From contig JAAZIX010000082.1 of the NCBI GenBank assembly GCA_012800655.1, positions 1-42,722 on the forward strand: 42,722 nt of DNA. Direction: 5' to 3'. Shown in pieces: positions 1-8,691 of this stretch. Positions within the stretch are counted from its first letter, which is position 1. Each line of letters opens with the position of its first letter. This stretch comes from Clostridiaceae bacterium (lineage in GTDB: Bacteria > Bacillota > Clostridia > Saccharofermentanales > Fastidiosipilaceae). The notes below the pieces were generated by a model, which was not told the DNA's origin, did no database searches, and saw only the letters and a list, made by a program, of their open reading frames with translations. Position numbers and translations under genes: made by a program.

Positions 1-909
1 GATGTCCAGCCCAAGGATCGTGACATCGCGATGGTTTTCCAGAACTACGCTTTGTATCCGCATATGACCGTATATGACAATATGGCTTTCGGTCTGAAAC
101 TGCGCAAGATCCCCAAGGACGATATCAAGCGTCGCGTCACCGAGGCCGCCCGGATCCTCGAGATCGAGCATCTGTTGGATCGTAAACCGAAGGCTCTGTC
201 CGGCGGTCAGCGCCAGCGTGTCGCTCTCGGACGCGCCATCGTTCGCGACCCCAAGGTCTTCCTGATGGACGAGCCGCTCTCAAACCTCGACGCCAAACTG
301 CGCGTTCAGATGCGTGTTGAGATCACGAAGCTCCACCAGCGCCTGAATACAACCATCATCTACGTTACGCATGACCAGACCGAGGCCATGACCATGGGTA
401 CTCGTATCGTCGTTATGAAGGACGGATTCATCCAGCAGGTTGACAGCCCCTCCGAGCTATATCTGCACCCGGTCAATACCTTTGTCGCCGGCTTTATCGG
501 CATGCCACCGATGAACTTCATCAACACCACTCTCTATGATGAAGGCGGCGAGCTCAAGGTCAAGTTCGGTAGCAACGTCATCACCCTGCCGGCCGATAAG
601 TACGACACGGAAGAAGTGCGTAAGTATGTCGACAAGGAAGTTATCATGGGTGTTCGTCCGGAAGCAATCTCCGATACTCCGGAAGATGTTGCCGCGTCGC
701 CCTCGACCGTGTTTGAGGCCGGTGTCGACGTCGTTGAGATGCTCGGTGCCGAGACCTATGTCTACATGACGCACGAGAACTACTCCTTGACTGCGCGTGT
801 TGACCCGATGGCCACTGTTTCGCACGTCGGCGAGGCCGTCAAGTTCAGAATCGACGGTCGCCGTATCGCCCTATTCGATCAGGAGACCGAACAGGCGATC
901 ATCACCTAA
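1..909 (+). CDS. Sugar ABC transporter ATP-binding subunit (MalK/MsmX/UgpC family), 5'-truncated by the window edge
   Basis: Frame 1 is open from base 1 ([22 protein letters not shown]). It has the ABC signature [14 protein letters not shown], Walker [13 protein letters not shown]-loop YVTHDQ and a C-terminal MalK-type regulatory domain. Stop TAA at 907-909. Confidence 0.9.
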   Translation, partial: DVQPKDRDIAMVFQNYALYPHMTVYDNMAFGLKLRKIPKDDIKRRVTEAARILEIEHLLDRKPKALSGGQRQRVALGRAIVRDPKVFLMDEPLSNLDAKLRVQMRVEITKLHQRLNTTIIYVTHDQTEAMTMGTRIVVMKDGFIQQVDSPSELYLHPVNTFVAGFIGMPPMNFINTTLYDEGGELKVKFGSNVITLPADKYDTEEVRKYVDKEVIMGVRPEAISDTPEDVAASPSTVFEAGVDVVEMLGAETYVYMTHENYSLTARVDPMATVSHVGEAVKFRIDGRRIALFDQETEQAIIT

Positions 910-936
910 TAGTAATCCATCAACAATTGTTAAAAA

Positions 937-963
937 GCGGCTCCGCAAGGGGCCGTTTTTTTT
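937..963 (+). terminator. Rho-independent terminator after the ABC ATPase gene
   Basis: GC-rich hairpin GCGGCTCC-GCAA-GGGGCCG followed by a run of 8 T, about 28 nt after the stop codon. Confidence 0.75.
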
Positions 964-1053
964 GTGGTGCCGTCTACGTCGGCTACACGACAAATCCGCA
1001 AAAACGACACGACAAATCCGAAATAATGTCGATCGCGCGAGGGCCGTTTTCCC

Positions 1054-1083
1054 TTGAAGCTGAATTTGCGAGTGGGTTATATT
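1054..1083 (+). promoter_or_regulatory. Candidate sigma-A type promoter for the MMPL gene
   Basis: TTGAAG (1054-1059), 18-nt spacer, TATATT (1078-1083), about 50 nt upstream of the GTG start at 1135. Motif match only. Confidence 0.35.
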
Positions 1084-1134
1084 TATACACACAAGCCGAT
1101 AGATTTTCGGTAGGGCTGACATAGGGGGAATATA

Positions 1135-3165
1135 GTGGATAAGTTAAACGCTTCCATACTGAACCACAGGAAAACGGTGATTATTGTCTATGTGGTACTG
1201 GCTGTGTTGTCAATTGTCTTGGCGATGGCGGTTCCGGTTAACTATAACTTAATCGACTATCTGCCGGAAGAGGCGCCGTCGACGAAAAGCATTGAGTTGA
1301 TGCAGAGCGAATTCGACGAAGGATTGCCGAATTGCAATATTTATGTGCCGAACATAAGCTTGATCCGGGCGCGGGAGCTGAAGGCGGAGCTTCTTGAGTT
1401 GCCGGAGGTCTCGGGCGTGATCTGGCTGGATATGCTGGCAGACATTACCGTGCCTCTGGAAATGGCCGACAGCAAAACGGTCGAGACATTTTATAAAGAC
1501 GGCGGAGCACGCTACATTGTCACGGTCGATTCGGAAAATATGGCGAAATCGCTGGACAATATCCGCGCCGTTGCCGGTGAGGAAGCGGCGATTTCCGGAC
1601 AGGTAATCGGCTTGGCCTTTGCACAGAATGCGACCGGCAGCGAAATGATCAAGGTAGTTGCCCTGCTCCTGCCGCTGATTTTGATAATTCTGGTTTTTGC
1701 TACCCGTTCCTGGATCGATCCGCTCCTGGTGCTGATCACGATCGGTATCGGAGTTTTCCTTAACATGGGAACCAATATCGTCTTTAAGAATATATCCTTT
1801 ATCACTCAGGCCGTCGGAGCGGTGTTGCAGATGGCGGTGTCGATCGACTATGCGGTTTTTCTGCTACACAGATTCAATCAATATACCGATGAAGGAATGA
1901 CGCCTTTCGAGGCAATGAAGCTGGCGATGCGTAAGTCGGTCGTCTCGATTCAGGCCTCGGCTATGACCACTCTGCTGGGTTTCCTAGCTCTGATATTTAT
2001 GCGCTTCCGCATCGGCCCGGATATGGGTATTGTTCTGGCCAAGGGAATAGTCTTCAGCTTCCTGACAGTTATGACGCTTTTGCCGGCTTTGATTCTGGCT
2101 TCATATCGTCTTGGCGACCGGCTACGCCATCGTAATCTGATGCCGAGCTTTGCTGGAACATCCAAGGGGGTTATCAAAGTGCGTTGGGTGGTGATAATTA
2201 TCGTTCTGGTCTTTATCCCGGTTACCTACCTCGGTCAGCTGAACAATGATTTTATATACGGTGTCGCCGATGATAACTTCGACCCGACCAGTCGATATGG
2301 TATCGATCGAAAACTGATTCAGGATAAGTTCGGGGAAGAGCAACAGTGGGCGCTCCTGGTTCCGCGCGGTCAGCCGGGAACCGAGCGGGTGCTGATGGAT
2401 CAATTGGATAAATTGCCGGGAGTCACCAGCGTGACCGGCTATGCCCGTCTGCCGGGTTCGGCAATGCCGCAGGAGTTCGTGCCGGCGGATCAGGTCGAAC
2501 AGTTGCTCAGTCCGAATTACAGCCGGATTATTATGACAGCCGCGGTTCCCGCCGAGAGCGCGGGATCTTTCGAGCTGGTTGAGACGGTGCGCGAGCGGGC
2601 GGCGGCACTTTATCCGGAGGGGGTGCATCTTGCGGGAGAGAGCGTCAGCCTGGTTGATATGCGGGATACGATCCATAAAGACAACTCGATAGTCAACGGA
2701 TTAGCCATATTGGCGGTCGGCCTGGTCATATTGCTGACTTTCCGTTCGCTGGCCATACCGCTGGTCCTGCTGCTAACGATTGAGACGGCAATTTGGTTTA
2801 ATTTAAGTATTCCCTATTTTATGGGTACAAAGCTGAGTTATCTGGGCTATCTCGTCATCAGTACGGTACAGTTGGGCGCCACCGTCGACTATGCGATTCT
2901 CTATACCCAGCTATACCTTGAGGAACGGCGACTGAAAGCGCCTCGTCAGGCGGCAAAGGATGCCCTGACCAACACATTGCCGGCTATTTTACCGCCGGCC
3001 ATGATTCTTATGTTGACCGGGTATATGTTATCGTGGATTTCGACGCTCTCGATGGTTAACGAACTGGGACTGGTCCTGGGTCGCGGAGCTCTGCTTTCCT
3101 TCCTTATGGTCGTGCTTTTCCTGCCGGCGCTAATGATGATACTGACAAGCCGATCAAGGCATTGA
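1135..3165 (+). CDS. MMPL/RND-superfamily membrane transporter (YdfJ-like, roughly 12 TM in two repeats with two extracytoplasmic loops)
   Basis: 676-aa ORF with GTG start preceded by GGGGGAA. An N-terminal TM, a soluble loop and a 5-TM bundle occur twice. The motif AVSIDYAVFLLHRF...SIQASAMTTLLGFLALIFM is typical of MMPL / sterol-sensing-like domains. Confidence 0.85.
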   Translation: MDKLNASILNHRKTVIIVYVVLAVLSIVLAMAVPVNYNLIDYLPEEAPSTKSIELMQSEFDEGLPNCNIYVPNISLIRARELKAELLELPEVSGVIWLDMLADITVPLEMADSKTVETFYKDGGARYIVTVDSENMAKSLDNIRAVAGEEAAISGQVIGLAFAQNATGSEMIKVVALLLPLILIILVFATRSWIDPLLVLITIGIGVFLNMGTNIVFKNISFITQAVGAVLQMAVSIDYAVFLLHRFNQYTDEGMTPFEAMKLAMRKSVVSIQASAMTTLLGFLALIFMRFRIGPDMGIVLAKGIVFSFLTVMTLLPALILASYRLGDRLRHRNLMPSFAGTSKGVIKVRWVVIIIVLVFIPVTYLGQLNNDFIYGVADDNFDPTSRYGIDRKLIQDKFGEEQQWALLVPRGQPGTERVLMDQLDKLPGVTSVTGYARLPGSAMPQEFVPADQVEQLLSPNYSRIIMTAAVPAESAGSFELVETVRERAAALYPEGVHLAGESVSLVDMRDTIHKDNSIVNGLAILAVGLVILLTFRSLAIPLVLLLTIETAIWFNLSIPYFMGTKLSYLGYLVISTVQLGATVDYAILYTQLYLEERRLKAPRQAAKDALTNTLPAILPPAMILMLTGYMLSWISTLSMVNELGLVLGRGALLSFLMVVLFLPALMMILTSRSRH

Positions 3166-3325
3166 CCTTAAAATCCGGCTGGAATCGGGGCGCGAATGTT
3201 ACGAAGGAGAATGTTGTCACGACGACTGAACCTGATGAGCCTTTATATAAACCTTTGAATGAAACTTTAAACGAACCTTCACAGAAATACATTAACGATA
3301 AATAGATGAGATCGGGGGGAGAATT

Positions 3326-5608
3326 ATGATGAAAGAAAAAAACAAACCAAGTATATCGCGTCGGAGACCGGTTCGCCGGGTAATAGTCGTACTTATCTGT
3401 TTGGCTGTGTTCCTGGTCGGAATAGGGAGCGCTTCTCCCGTCCTGCGCGATTGTCCCGGAGGAGGCGGGGGGGCGATCCTGGCGGAGGGCTCCACGGCGG
3501 CAAAGCCGATCATTGAGGGCGAGGATGCCGGTATAACCAAAAATGAGGAAGTGGTCTACGGCCGCCTGAATGCAGACGGCTCGCCGCAGGAATTCTATGT
3601 AGTGGAGAGTTTCAATGTCGCAAAGGAGGGGGTTCTGAGTGATGTCGGCAACTTTGACCGTCTGGTCAATCTGACCTCTTCCGCGGAAATTGAATATCAG
3701 GATAACAGGCTTCGGGTTGAGGTTGAGCCGGGACTGTTCTTCTATCAGGGGAATGTCAGTGGCGTCGATTTGCCCTGGGGAATTTTTCTCTCCTATACAC
3801 TCGACGGACAGCCGATCGAGGCGGATGAATTGTCGGGGCGGAGCGGCGATCTGTTGATTAAGCTGGCGATACGACCGCGTGCCTCCATTTCCGACTCGAT
3901 GCGTGATTATTACATTCTTCAGACTCAGTTCACTTTCGATTCGGAGGCGGTCGAGGTTATTGATGCACCTTTAGCCACTCAGGCGCTGGCCGGAAATGAT
4001 CGCGTGGTCAACTTCACAACCCTACCCGGAAAAGAAAGCGATTATGAATTGCAACTTGCAATTACGGATTTCTATATGAATCCGATCAGCATCACGGCTC
4101 TACCGCTGGAATTTCCGCTCGATCTCAGATCGGAGGATTTCACTGAGGCTCTGGAACCGATGCTGGATGGGCTGCGCGATTTGAATGACGGTCTCCAGAA
4201 GCTCAACGACGGAATGCCGGAGTTGGAGACGGGCGCGGCAGATCTGACCGACGGTGCCGACGCGCTGACGAACGGCGGTAAGGAGCTGCTGGAGGGCGCC
4301 GAAGAACTGCTGAGCGGTTTGAAGGAGTATGCCGACGGTGTCGGAGAAGTTTTGAAGGGTATGGAGCGTCTGGCCAACGGATCGGCACAGCTGGTACCGG
4401 CGGGGGAACAACTCGCAAGCGGTCTGAAGGAACTGTGTGCCGGAGGTCCGGCGCTGGCCGGAGGCCTACGTGAATTGGCGCAGGGTTTGGGGGAAATGGC
4501 GCGTCAGATCAGGGCGCAATTGGCGGAACTGCCGGAGGTCGATGTTGCGGGTATTGAGCAGCTCCTGGCCGGCAGCCAAGCGATCAGGGGTGTGCTGGCG
4601 GAATTGAAACAGAGCGGTACGGCTCTTGCCGCGGGGGCAGAGCAGGGTCTGGCCGGTCTGGAACAGATGGGCGCAAAACAAGCGGAGCTCGCTCAATTGG
4701 CACAGCTCCTTCAGGAGAATCCGGCGGCTCTGGCGCAACAATGGCAGTTGAGTCCCGATGCGCTGCAAAATCAGGATGTACAGATACTCTTTGGAGTATT
4801 GCAGGGAATTCTGACCGATATCAGCCAGGGAATGGCCGGTCTGGGCGAGTTGTCCGAACTCCTGTCCGGAATTCCGCCGTATATGAGTGGAGTTGGCGCC
4901 TTGGCCGATCAGTACGCGCAGCTCGATACGGCGCTGGGTCAGTTGGTTGCCGAAATCAGTCGGATGACCGAATTGGCCGGCGGCATGAAAGAACTGGCGG
5001 ATAATCTAGACCTCTTTAAGACCGGGCTCGACCGGGCTCTGGCCGGGTTGGAGCAGTACTTCAAAGGCGTCGAGGCAATTTATGCCGGTCTGGACGGTGT
5101 AAAAGATAAAAACGGGAAATTAACCACTCCCGGCCTGAACTCAGGCCTTACACAATTGAATCAGGGGCTGTGGCAACTGTATAACGGCAGTAGCGTGATG
5201 GGCCGTTCCGGCTCGCAACTGACAGGGGGTCAGAGCGAGATAAACGATGGAATCCGCAAGTTAATTGACGGAAACAGCGAATTGACGGACGGCCTGAGGG
5301 AATATGCGGCGGGCATCCATGAAGTAGCCGACGGGGTCGGCGAAATGGCCGGAGGTACGGCGGAAATGGATGAGCGCCTGGACAATATTGATGAGGAAAT
5401 CATCGAGCTGGTCGAGGAGAAATTCCCGATGCTCAAAAAAGGAACATTGGAATTGTCGTCCTTTGTTCCCGGACGGGATTCGCAGCCGGACACCCAGCAG
5501 TTTATACTGCTGGTCGACGGAGTCGACAAGGTAGAACGTTCCGCCCCGCCGGTCGAAGAGCCTAAGGCAAAATCGCTCTGGGAGCGCATCCTGGACGTTT
5601 TCCGTTGA
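3326..5608 (+). CDS. Membrane-anchored extracytoplasmic protein with X-X-X-Leu-X-X-Gly heptad repeats (YhgE/Pip N-terminal-like), lacking the C-terminal permease half
   Basis: 760-aa ORF with RBS GGGGGGAGA and ATG. It has one N-terminal hydrophobic segment (VIVVLICLAVFLVGIGSASPVL), a beta-rich domain of about 250 aa, then about 430 aa of repeats such as LNDGLQKLNDGMPELETGAADLTDGADALTNGGKELLEGAEELLSGLKEYADGV. No hydrophobic segment is visible at the C-terminus. Confidence 0.8.
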   Translation: MMKEKNKPSISRRRPVRRVIVVLICLAVFLVGIGSASPVLRDCPGGGGGAILAEGSTAAKPIIEGEDAGITKNEEVVYGRLNADGSPQEFYVVESFNVAKEGVLSDVGNFDRLVNLTSSAEIEYQDNRLRVEVEPGLFFYQGNVSGVDLPWGIFLSYTLDGQPIEADELSGRSGDLLIKLAIRPRASISDSMRDYYILQTQFTFDSEAVEVIDAPLATQALAGNDRVVNFTTLPGKESDYELQLAITDFYMNPISITALPLEFPLDLRSEDFTEALEPMLDGLRDLNDGLQKLNDGMPELETGAADLTDGADALTNGGKELLEGAEELLSGLKEYADGVGEVLKGMERLANGSAQLVPAGEQLASGLKELCAGGPALAGGLRELAQGLGEMARQIRAQLAELPEVDVAGIEQLLAGSQAIRGVLAELKQSGTALAAGAEQGLAGLEQMGAKQAELAQLAQLLQENPAALAQQWQLSPDALQNQDVQILFGVLQGILTDISQGMAGLGELSELLSGIPPYMSGVGALADQYAQLDTALGQLVAEISRMTELAGGMKELADNLDLFKTGLDRALAGLEQYFKGVEAIYAGLDGVKDKNGKLTTPGLNSGLTQLNQGLWQLYNGSSVMGRSGSQLTGGQSEINDGIRKLIDGNSELTDGLREYAAGIHEVADGVGEMAGGTAEMDERLDNIDEEIIELVEEKFPMLKKGTLELSSFVPGRDSQPDTQQFILLVDGVDKVERSAPPVEEPKAKSLWERILDVFR

Positions 5609-5614
5609 TACCCG

Positions 5615-5638
5615 CCCGCGGAGAATATTCTCCGCGGG
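5615..5638 (+). terminator. Perfect 24-nt palindrome / stem-loop after the heptad-repeat gene (terminator-like, no T tract)
   Basis: CCCGCGGAGAATATTCTCCGCGGG starts 7 nt after the TGA stop. A 10-bp GC-rich stem is possible, but it is followed by CCGGAAAT rather than a U-run, so function is uncertain. Confidence 0.4.
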
Positions 5639-5708
5639 CCGGAAATATCAAATTGTCTCCGAATCGAAATATTCGCGCCGCCAAAGTAGTGTAAACTTAG
5701 GCGTGTTC

Positions 5709-5737
5709 TTGAGTATTTGCCCTGTTTCGAGTAAAGT
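5709..5737 (+). promoter_or_regulatory. Candidate promoter for the CdaR-like regulator, overlapped by an inverted repeat
   Basis: TTGAGT (5709-5714), 17-nt spacer, TAAAGT (5732-5737). The inverted repeat CCTGTTTCG...CGAGAACAGG (5721-5749) brackets the -10. Confidence 0.3.
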
Positions 5738-5771
5738 GACGAGAACAGGACATGTTGGGGAGACATATATT

Positions 5772-6881
5772 ATGGATGAATTAACCAAGAGTATTCGCCG
5801 GGTCGGAGAGCTTTTGACAAATACGGTCGGGGTTGTCGATGATACCGGTTTGGTTATTGCCTGTACCGATGAATCACGGTTGGGACGGAAGGACCGTGAG
5901 GCAGTGGCGCTCATTGAAAGCGGCGATACTTTTAGGGTAACCGGAAAAAACACCTGGCAACGTTTAGCGACCCGCCCCGGTCTGAGCTACTACTGCTTTA
6001 TAGAGGGTAGTGACCCGGTTGCGCTGGACTACCTTGGTTTACTTTCGGAGTGGCTGGGCCTCGCTGTGCGCGATTGGGGGAATGAGTCGCGTCGCGACAA
6101 CCTTCTGCGCAATGTACTGTTGCAAAATGAACTCCCCGGCGAGATTGCGTCTAAGGCGCGCAATCTGGGCATTATTTATACCGCTCCGCGAATCTGCATA
6201 CTGGTTCGCCTCGAGCATCGCGATTCCGGCGGTGAATGTGTCGAAGTCATCAGTAACCTCTTCCCGGATCGCGAGACTGATTATGTGATTTCAATCGATG
6301 ATAGGAACATCGTCCTGATTCATAAGCTCACCCCGGATGATTCGGGCGAGGTGAATCGAATTGCCGTCGAGATTCGCGACAACCTCAGTACCGAACTGAT
6401 GACCAAAGTCAGCATCGGTATCGGAATGCCGGCTTACAACCTGCGTGATTGCGCCCGTTCTTATCGTGAATCCGCCCTGGCTCTTGAGGTCGGGGGGCTC
6501 TTTTCCCGTGACCGCTCGATTGTTTATTACGAGAAGCTAGGCCTCGGGCGTCTGATTTATCAGATGTCGCCGACGCTGTGTCGGATCTTCCTGGATGAGG
6601 TATTTCCCAACGACTCTTATGAAGCTCTGGACCGTGAGACGTTGAACACGGTGGAGGTGTTTTTTGCCTGTAGCCTTAACGGCTCCGAGACTTCGCGCCG
6701 TCTCTTTGTTCATCGCAATACATTGGTTTACCGTTTGGATAAAGTCCAAAAAATCACCGGACTGGATTTGCGTAATTTTGACGATGCGGTTTTGTTTAAG
6801 TTCGCTTCGATGGTTAAGCGTTATCTTGAGCGGCAGGGAGGGGTTCTCGGCGGAGCACCGAACTGGTTGAATCGCCCCTGA
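5772..6881 (+). CDS. CdaR/PucR-family transcriptional regulator (sugar-diacid-regulator-like N-domain plus PucR C-terminal HTH)
   Basis: The ORF is open from 5703 (GTG), but the ATG at 5772 follows GGGGAG at a good distance. The N-terminus MDELTKSIRRVGELLTNTVGVVDDTGLVIACTDESRLG resembles the diacid-recognition domain. The C-terminus SETSRRLFVHRNTLVYRLDKVQKITGLDLRNFDD is a PucR-type HTH. Confidence 0.85.
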   Translation: MDELTKSIRRVGELLTNTVGVVDDTGLVIACTDESRLGRKDREAVALIESGDTFRVTGKNTWQRLATRPGLSYYCFIEGSDPVALDYLGLLSEWLGLAVRDWGNESRRDNLLRNVLLQNELPGEIASKARNLGIIYTAPRICILVRLEHRDSGGECVEVISNLFPDRETDYVISIDDRNIVLIHKLTPDDSGEVNRIAVEIRDNLSTELMTKVSIGIGMPAYNLRDCARSYRESALALEVGGLFSRDRSIVYYEKLGLGRLIYQMSPTLCRIFLDEVFPNDSYEALDRETLNTVEVFFACSLNGSETSRRLFVHRNTLVYRLDKVQKITGLDLRNFDDAVLFKFASMVKRYLERQGGVLGGAPNWLNRP

Positions 6882-6889
6882 CGATACGT

Positions 6890-7723
6890 ATGGCCTTTAT
6901 TGAATTCAGAAATGTCTACATGTCCTATAAGCAGGAGCTCGTGCAACGTACCGGTTACGGCCGTTCGGTAGCCAATAAGCGGCGCCTTTCGCAACGTAAT
7001 GCGATTGCCGGTCGGCATCGTTTCCGTAGCGGTGGCATCGATGATGATTATGCCCTGCGCGATGTCAGTTTCGGGATTGATCGTAACGAATTCGTTTTCG
7101 TGATAGGTCCCAGCGGATCGGGCAAGACAACGCTGGCAAAGCTACTGATTCGTGAGGCCTATCCGTGTAGCGGTGAAGTGATTATAGGAAGGCGCAATAT
7201 TCATTCCATGCCGCGGCGTTTCATCCCCGAGCTGCGACGAAAGGTCGGAACCGTTTTTCAGGATTTTCGTCTGATTCCGCGCCGTACCGTGGCGGAGAAT
7301 ATCGCCTTCGCTCTGGAGATTATCGGCACCAGACGTAGCGAGATAGATTTGCAGGTGCAGAATATGCTGGCGATGGTTGGTTTGCGCGATCGATCTGACG
7401 CAATGCCGGACGAATTGTCCGGCGGCGAGCAGCAGAGAGTGGTTATCGCCCGGGCTATGGTCGGCAGTCCGGGGATACTTCTTGCCGATGAGCCGACCGG
7501 TAATCTGGATCCGGAAAATGCCCTGCGGGTTTTGCAGATTTTGAGCCGCATCAACGAGCAAAAGACCACCGTGATTGTTTGTACCCATGATGATAACATT
7601 GTTAATTTAATGCAAAAGCGGGTGATTGTAATCCGCAACGGAGTTCTCACCAGTGACCAGCGCGTCGCCGGTTATAACATGGGCGATGAAGAGCCCTATT
7701 CCGAGCGAGGTATATTCTATTGA
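6890..7723 (+). CDS. ftsE: Cell division ATP-binding protein FtsE, with an atypical insertion of about 40 aa
   Basis: Walker A GPSGSGKTT, FQDFRLIP, signature LSGGEQQRVVIARA, Walker B LLADEPTGNLDP. It lies immediately upstream of ftsX and overlaps it by 4 nt. No clear SD; the start is 8 nt after the regulator's stop. Confidence 0.9.
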   Translation: MAFIEFRNVYMSYKQELVQRTGYGRSVANKRRLSQRNAIAGRHRFRSGGIDDDYALRDVSFGIDRNEFVFVIGPSGSGKTTLAKLLIREAYPCSGEVIIGRRNIHSMPRRFIPELRRKVGTVFQDFRLIPRRTVAENIAFALEIIGTRRSEIDLQVQNMLAMVGLRDRSDAMPDELSGGEQQRVVIARAMVGSPGILLADEPTGNLDPENALRVLQILSRINEQKTTVIVCTHDDNIVNLMQKRVIVIRNGVLTSDQRVAGYNMGDEEPYSERGIFY

Positions 7724-8661
7724 AACGGACGCGCGGAAGAAAATCAATTACCTTCGCAATGCGCTGGCGGGCTTTTTTGCGTTCTCTAAGAGAGACCTCT
7801 ATTAACATATTGCGCCACCCCTTCATGGTCATAACGTCTATTGTGACCGTGACATTCATGCTTGTCCTTCTGGGCGCTTTTGCGGTTTTTTCGATTAACG
7901 CCGACCTGATCGTTCGTCGGGCTGCTCAGCAGCCGCCGATTGAGATTTTCAGCCAGCCCGGTTTGGATAAGAATCGGGCGGAGAAAATCCGCCTCGCTCT
8001 CGAAGAACGGGATGATGTGATCGACTTACGCGTGCTCTCACCGGAAGAAAATTTGGAGGAGTTTCGCCGCGGTCTGGGTGAGGACGGAGCAAAAACCTTG
8101 CAGTATTATGATGCCCGCTATCTGCCCTGGTCATTTATCGTGCGCCTTTCCGACCCGAATCCGGAACAGGCAGCGGCGCTTGCCGCTCAGATCCGCGGTG
8201 TTCCCGGAGTGGCCGAGGTAGTCTATAACAGCGATCTGATAGCGGGTCTGAGCAACCTGTCCAAGACATTGCTGGTGGTTTCGGCGGTAATTTTTGTTAT
8301 ACTGTCAGGTGTCGCTTTGTTTATAATTTCCGGCACGGTGCGAGCTTCGGTTACGGCGCGCGGTGAGGAAATAGAGATTATGAAATATCTGGGAGCAACC
8401 AACTCTTATATACGTATACCGTATATGCTGGAGGGGGCGCTGATCGGTTTCACGGGTGCTCTTTTAGCCTGTACGATCCTGATATTATTGTGGAAGCGGA
8501 TTTATGTGCATCTGATGAGTGGGACCGCCGTCACCAGTTTTCTGGCTCTGATGTCGGTAGAGCAGATGGCGCCTTTGCTGGCTCTGATCACACTGCCCTT
8601 GGGGGTGCTGATCGGTTCAATCGGCAGCGTCGTTTCGATGCGGCGTTTTGTTAAGGTTTGA
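7720..8661 (+). CDS. ftsX: Cell division permease-like protein FtsX
   Basis: TTG start overlaps the ftsE stop (TTGA). The layout is TM1, an extracytoplasmic domain of about 100 aa (PIEIFSQPGLDKNRAEKIRLALEERDDVIDLRVLSPEENLEEF), then three C-terminal TMs with the EIEIMKYLGATNSYIRIPY motif. The alternative ATG at 7759 cannot be excluded. Confidence 0.9.
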   Translation: MKRTRGRKSITFAMRWRAFLRSLRETSINILRHPFMVITSIVTVTFMLVLLGAFAVFSINADLIVRRAAQQPPIEIFSQPGLDKNRAEKIRLALEERDDVIDLRVLSPEENLEEFRRGLGEDGAKTLQYYDARYLPWSFIVRLSDPNPEQAAALAAQIRGVPGVAEVVYNSDLIAGLSNLSKTLLVVSAVIFVILSGVALFIISGTVRASVTARGEEIEIMKYLGATNSYIRIPYMLEGALIGFTGALLACTILILLWKRIYVHLMSGTAVTSFLALMSVEQMAPLLALITLPLGVLIGSIGSVVSMRRFVKV

Positions 8662-8691
8662 TGAAGTCCGTATTTGGATGGGGAGGATAAT

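Noticed and set aside
797-1124. Three overlapping 65-86-aa ORFs in the ABC ATPase / MMPL intergenic region
   Set aside because: They read through a clear rho-independent terminator and promoter-like sequence. They have no SD and are mutually exclusive.
3166-3325. Possible 15-codon small ORF (ATGTTGTCACGA...) and promoter in the MMPL/heptad spacer
   Set aside because: The ATG directly abuts the AAGGAGA sequence with no spacer. I found no convincing -35/-10 pair. The two genes are more likely co-transcribed.
4100-5400. Possible DNA-level repeat array (CRISPR- or VNTR-like) in the heptad-repeat gene
   Set aside because: The periodicity exists at the protein level only (LxxG heptads). There are no identical DNA repeats with unique spacers, and the frame stays open throughout.
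5703-5771. Upstream GTG start for the CdaR-like regulator, as in the ORF track
   Set aside because: The extra 23 codons cover the candidate promoter and inverted repeat and have no SD. The ATG at 5772 has a GGGGAG SD and gives a canonical N-terminus.
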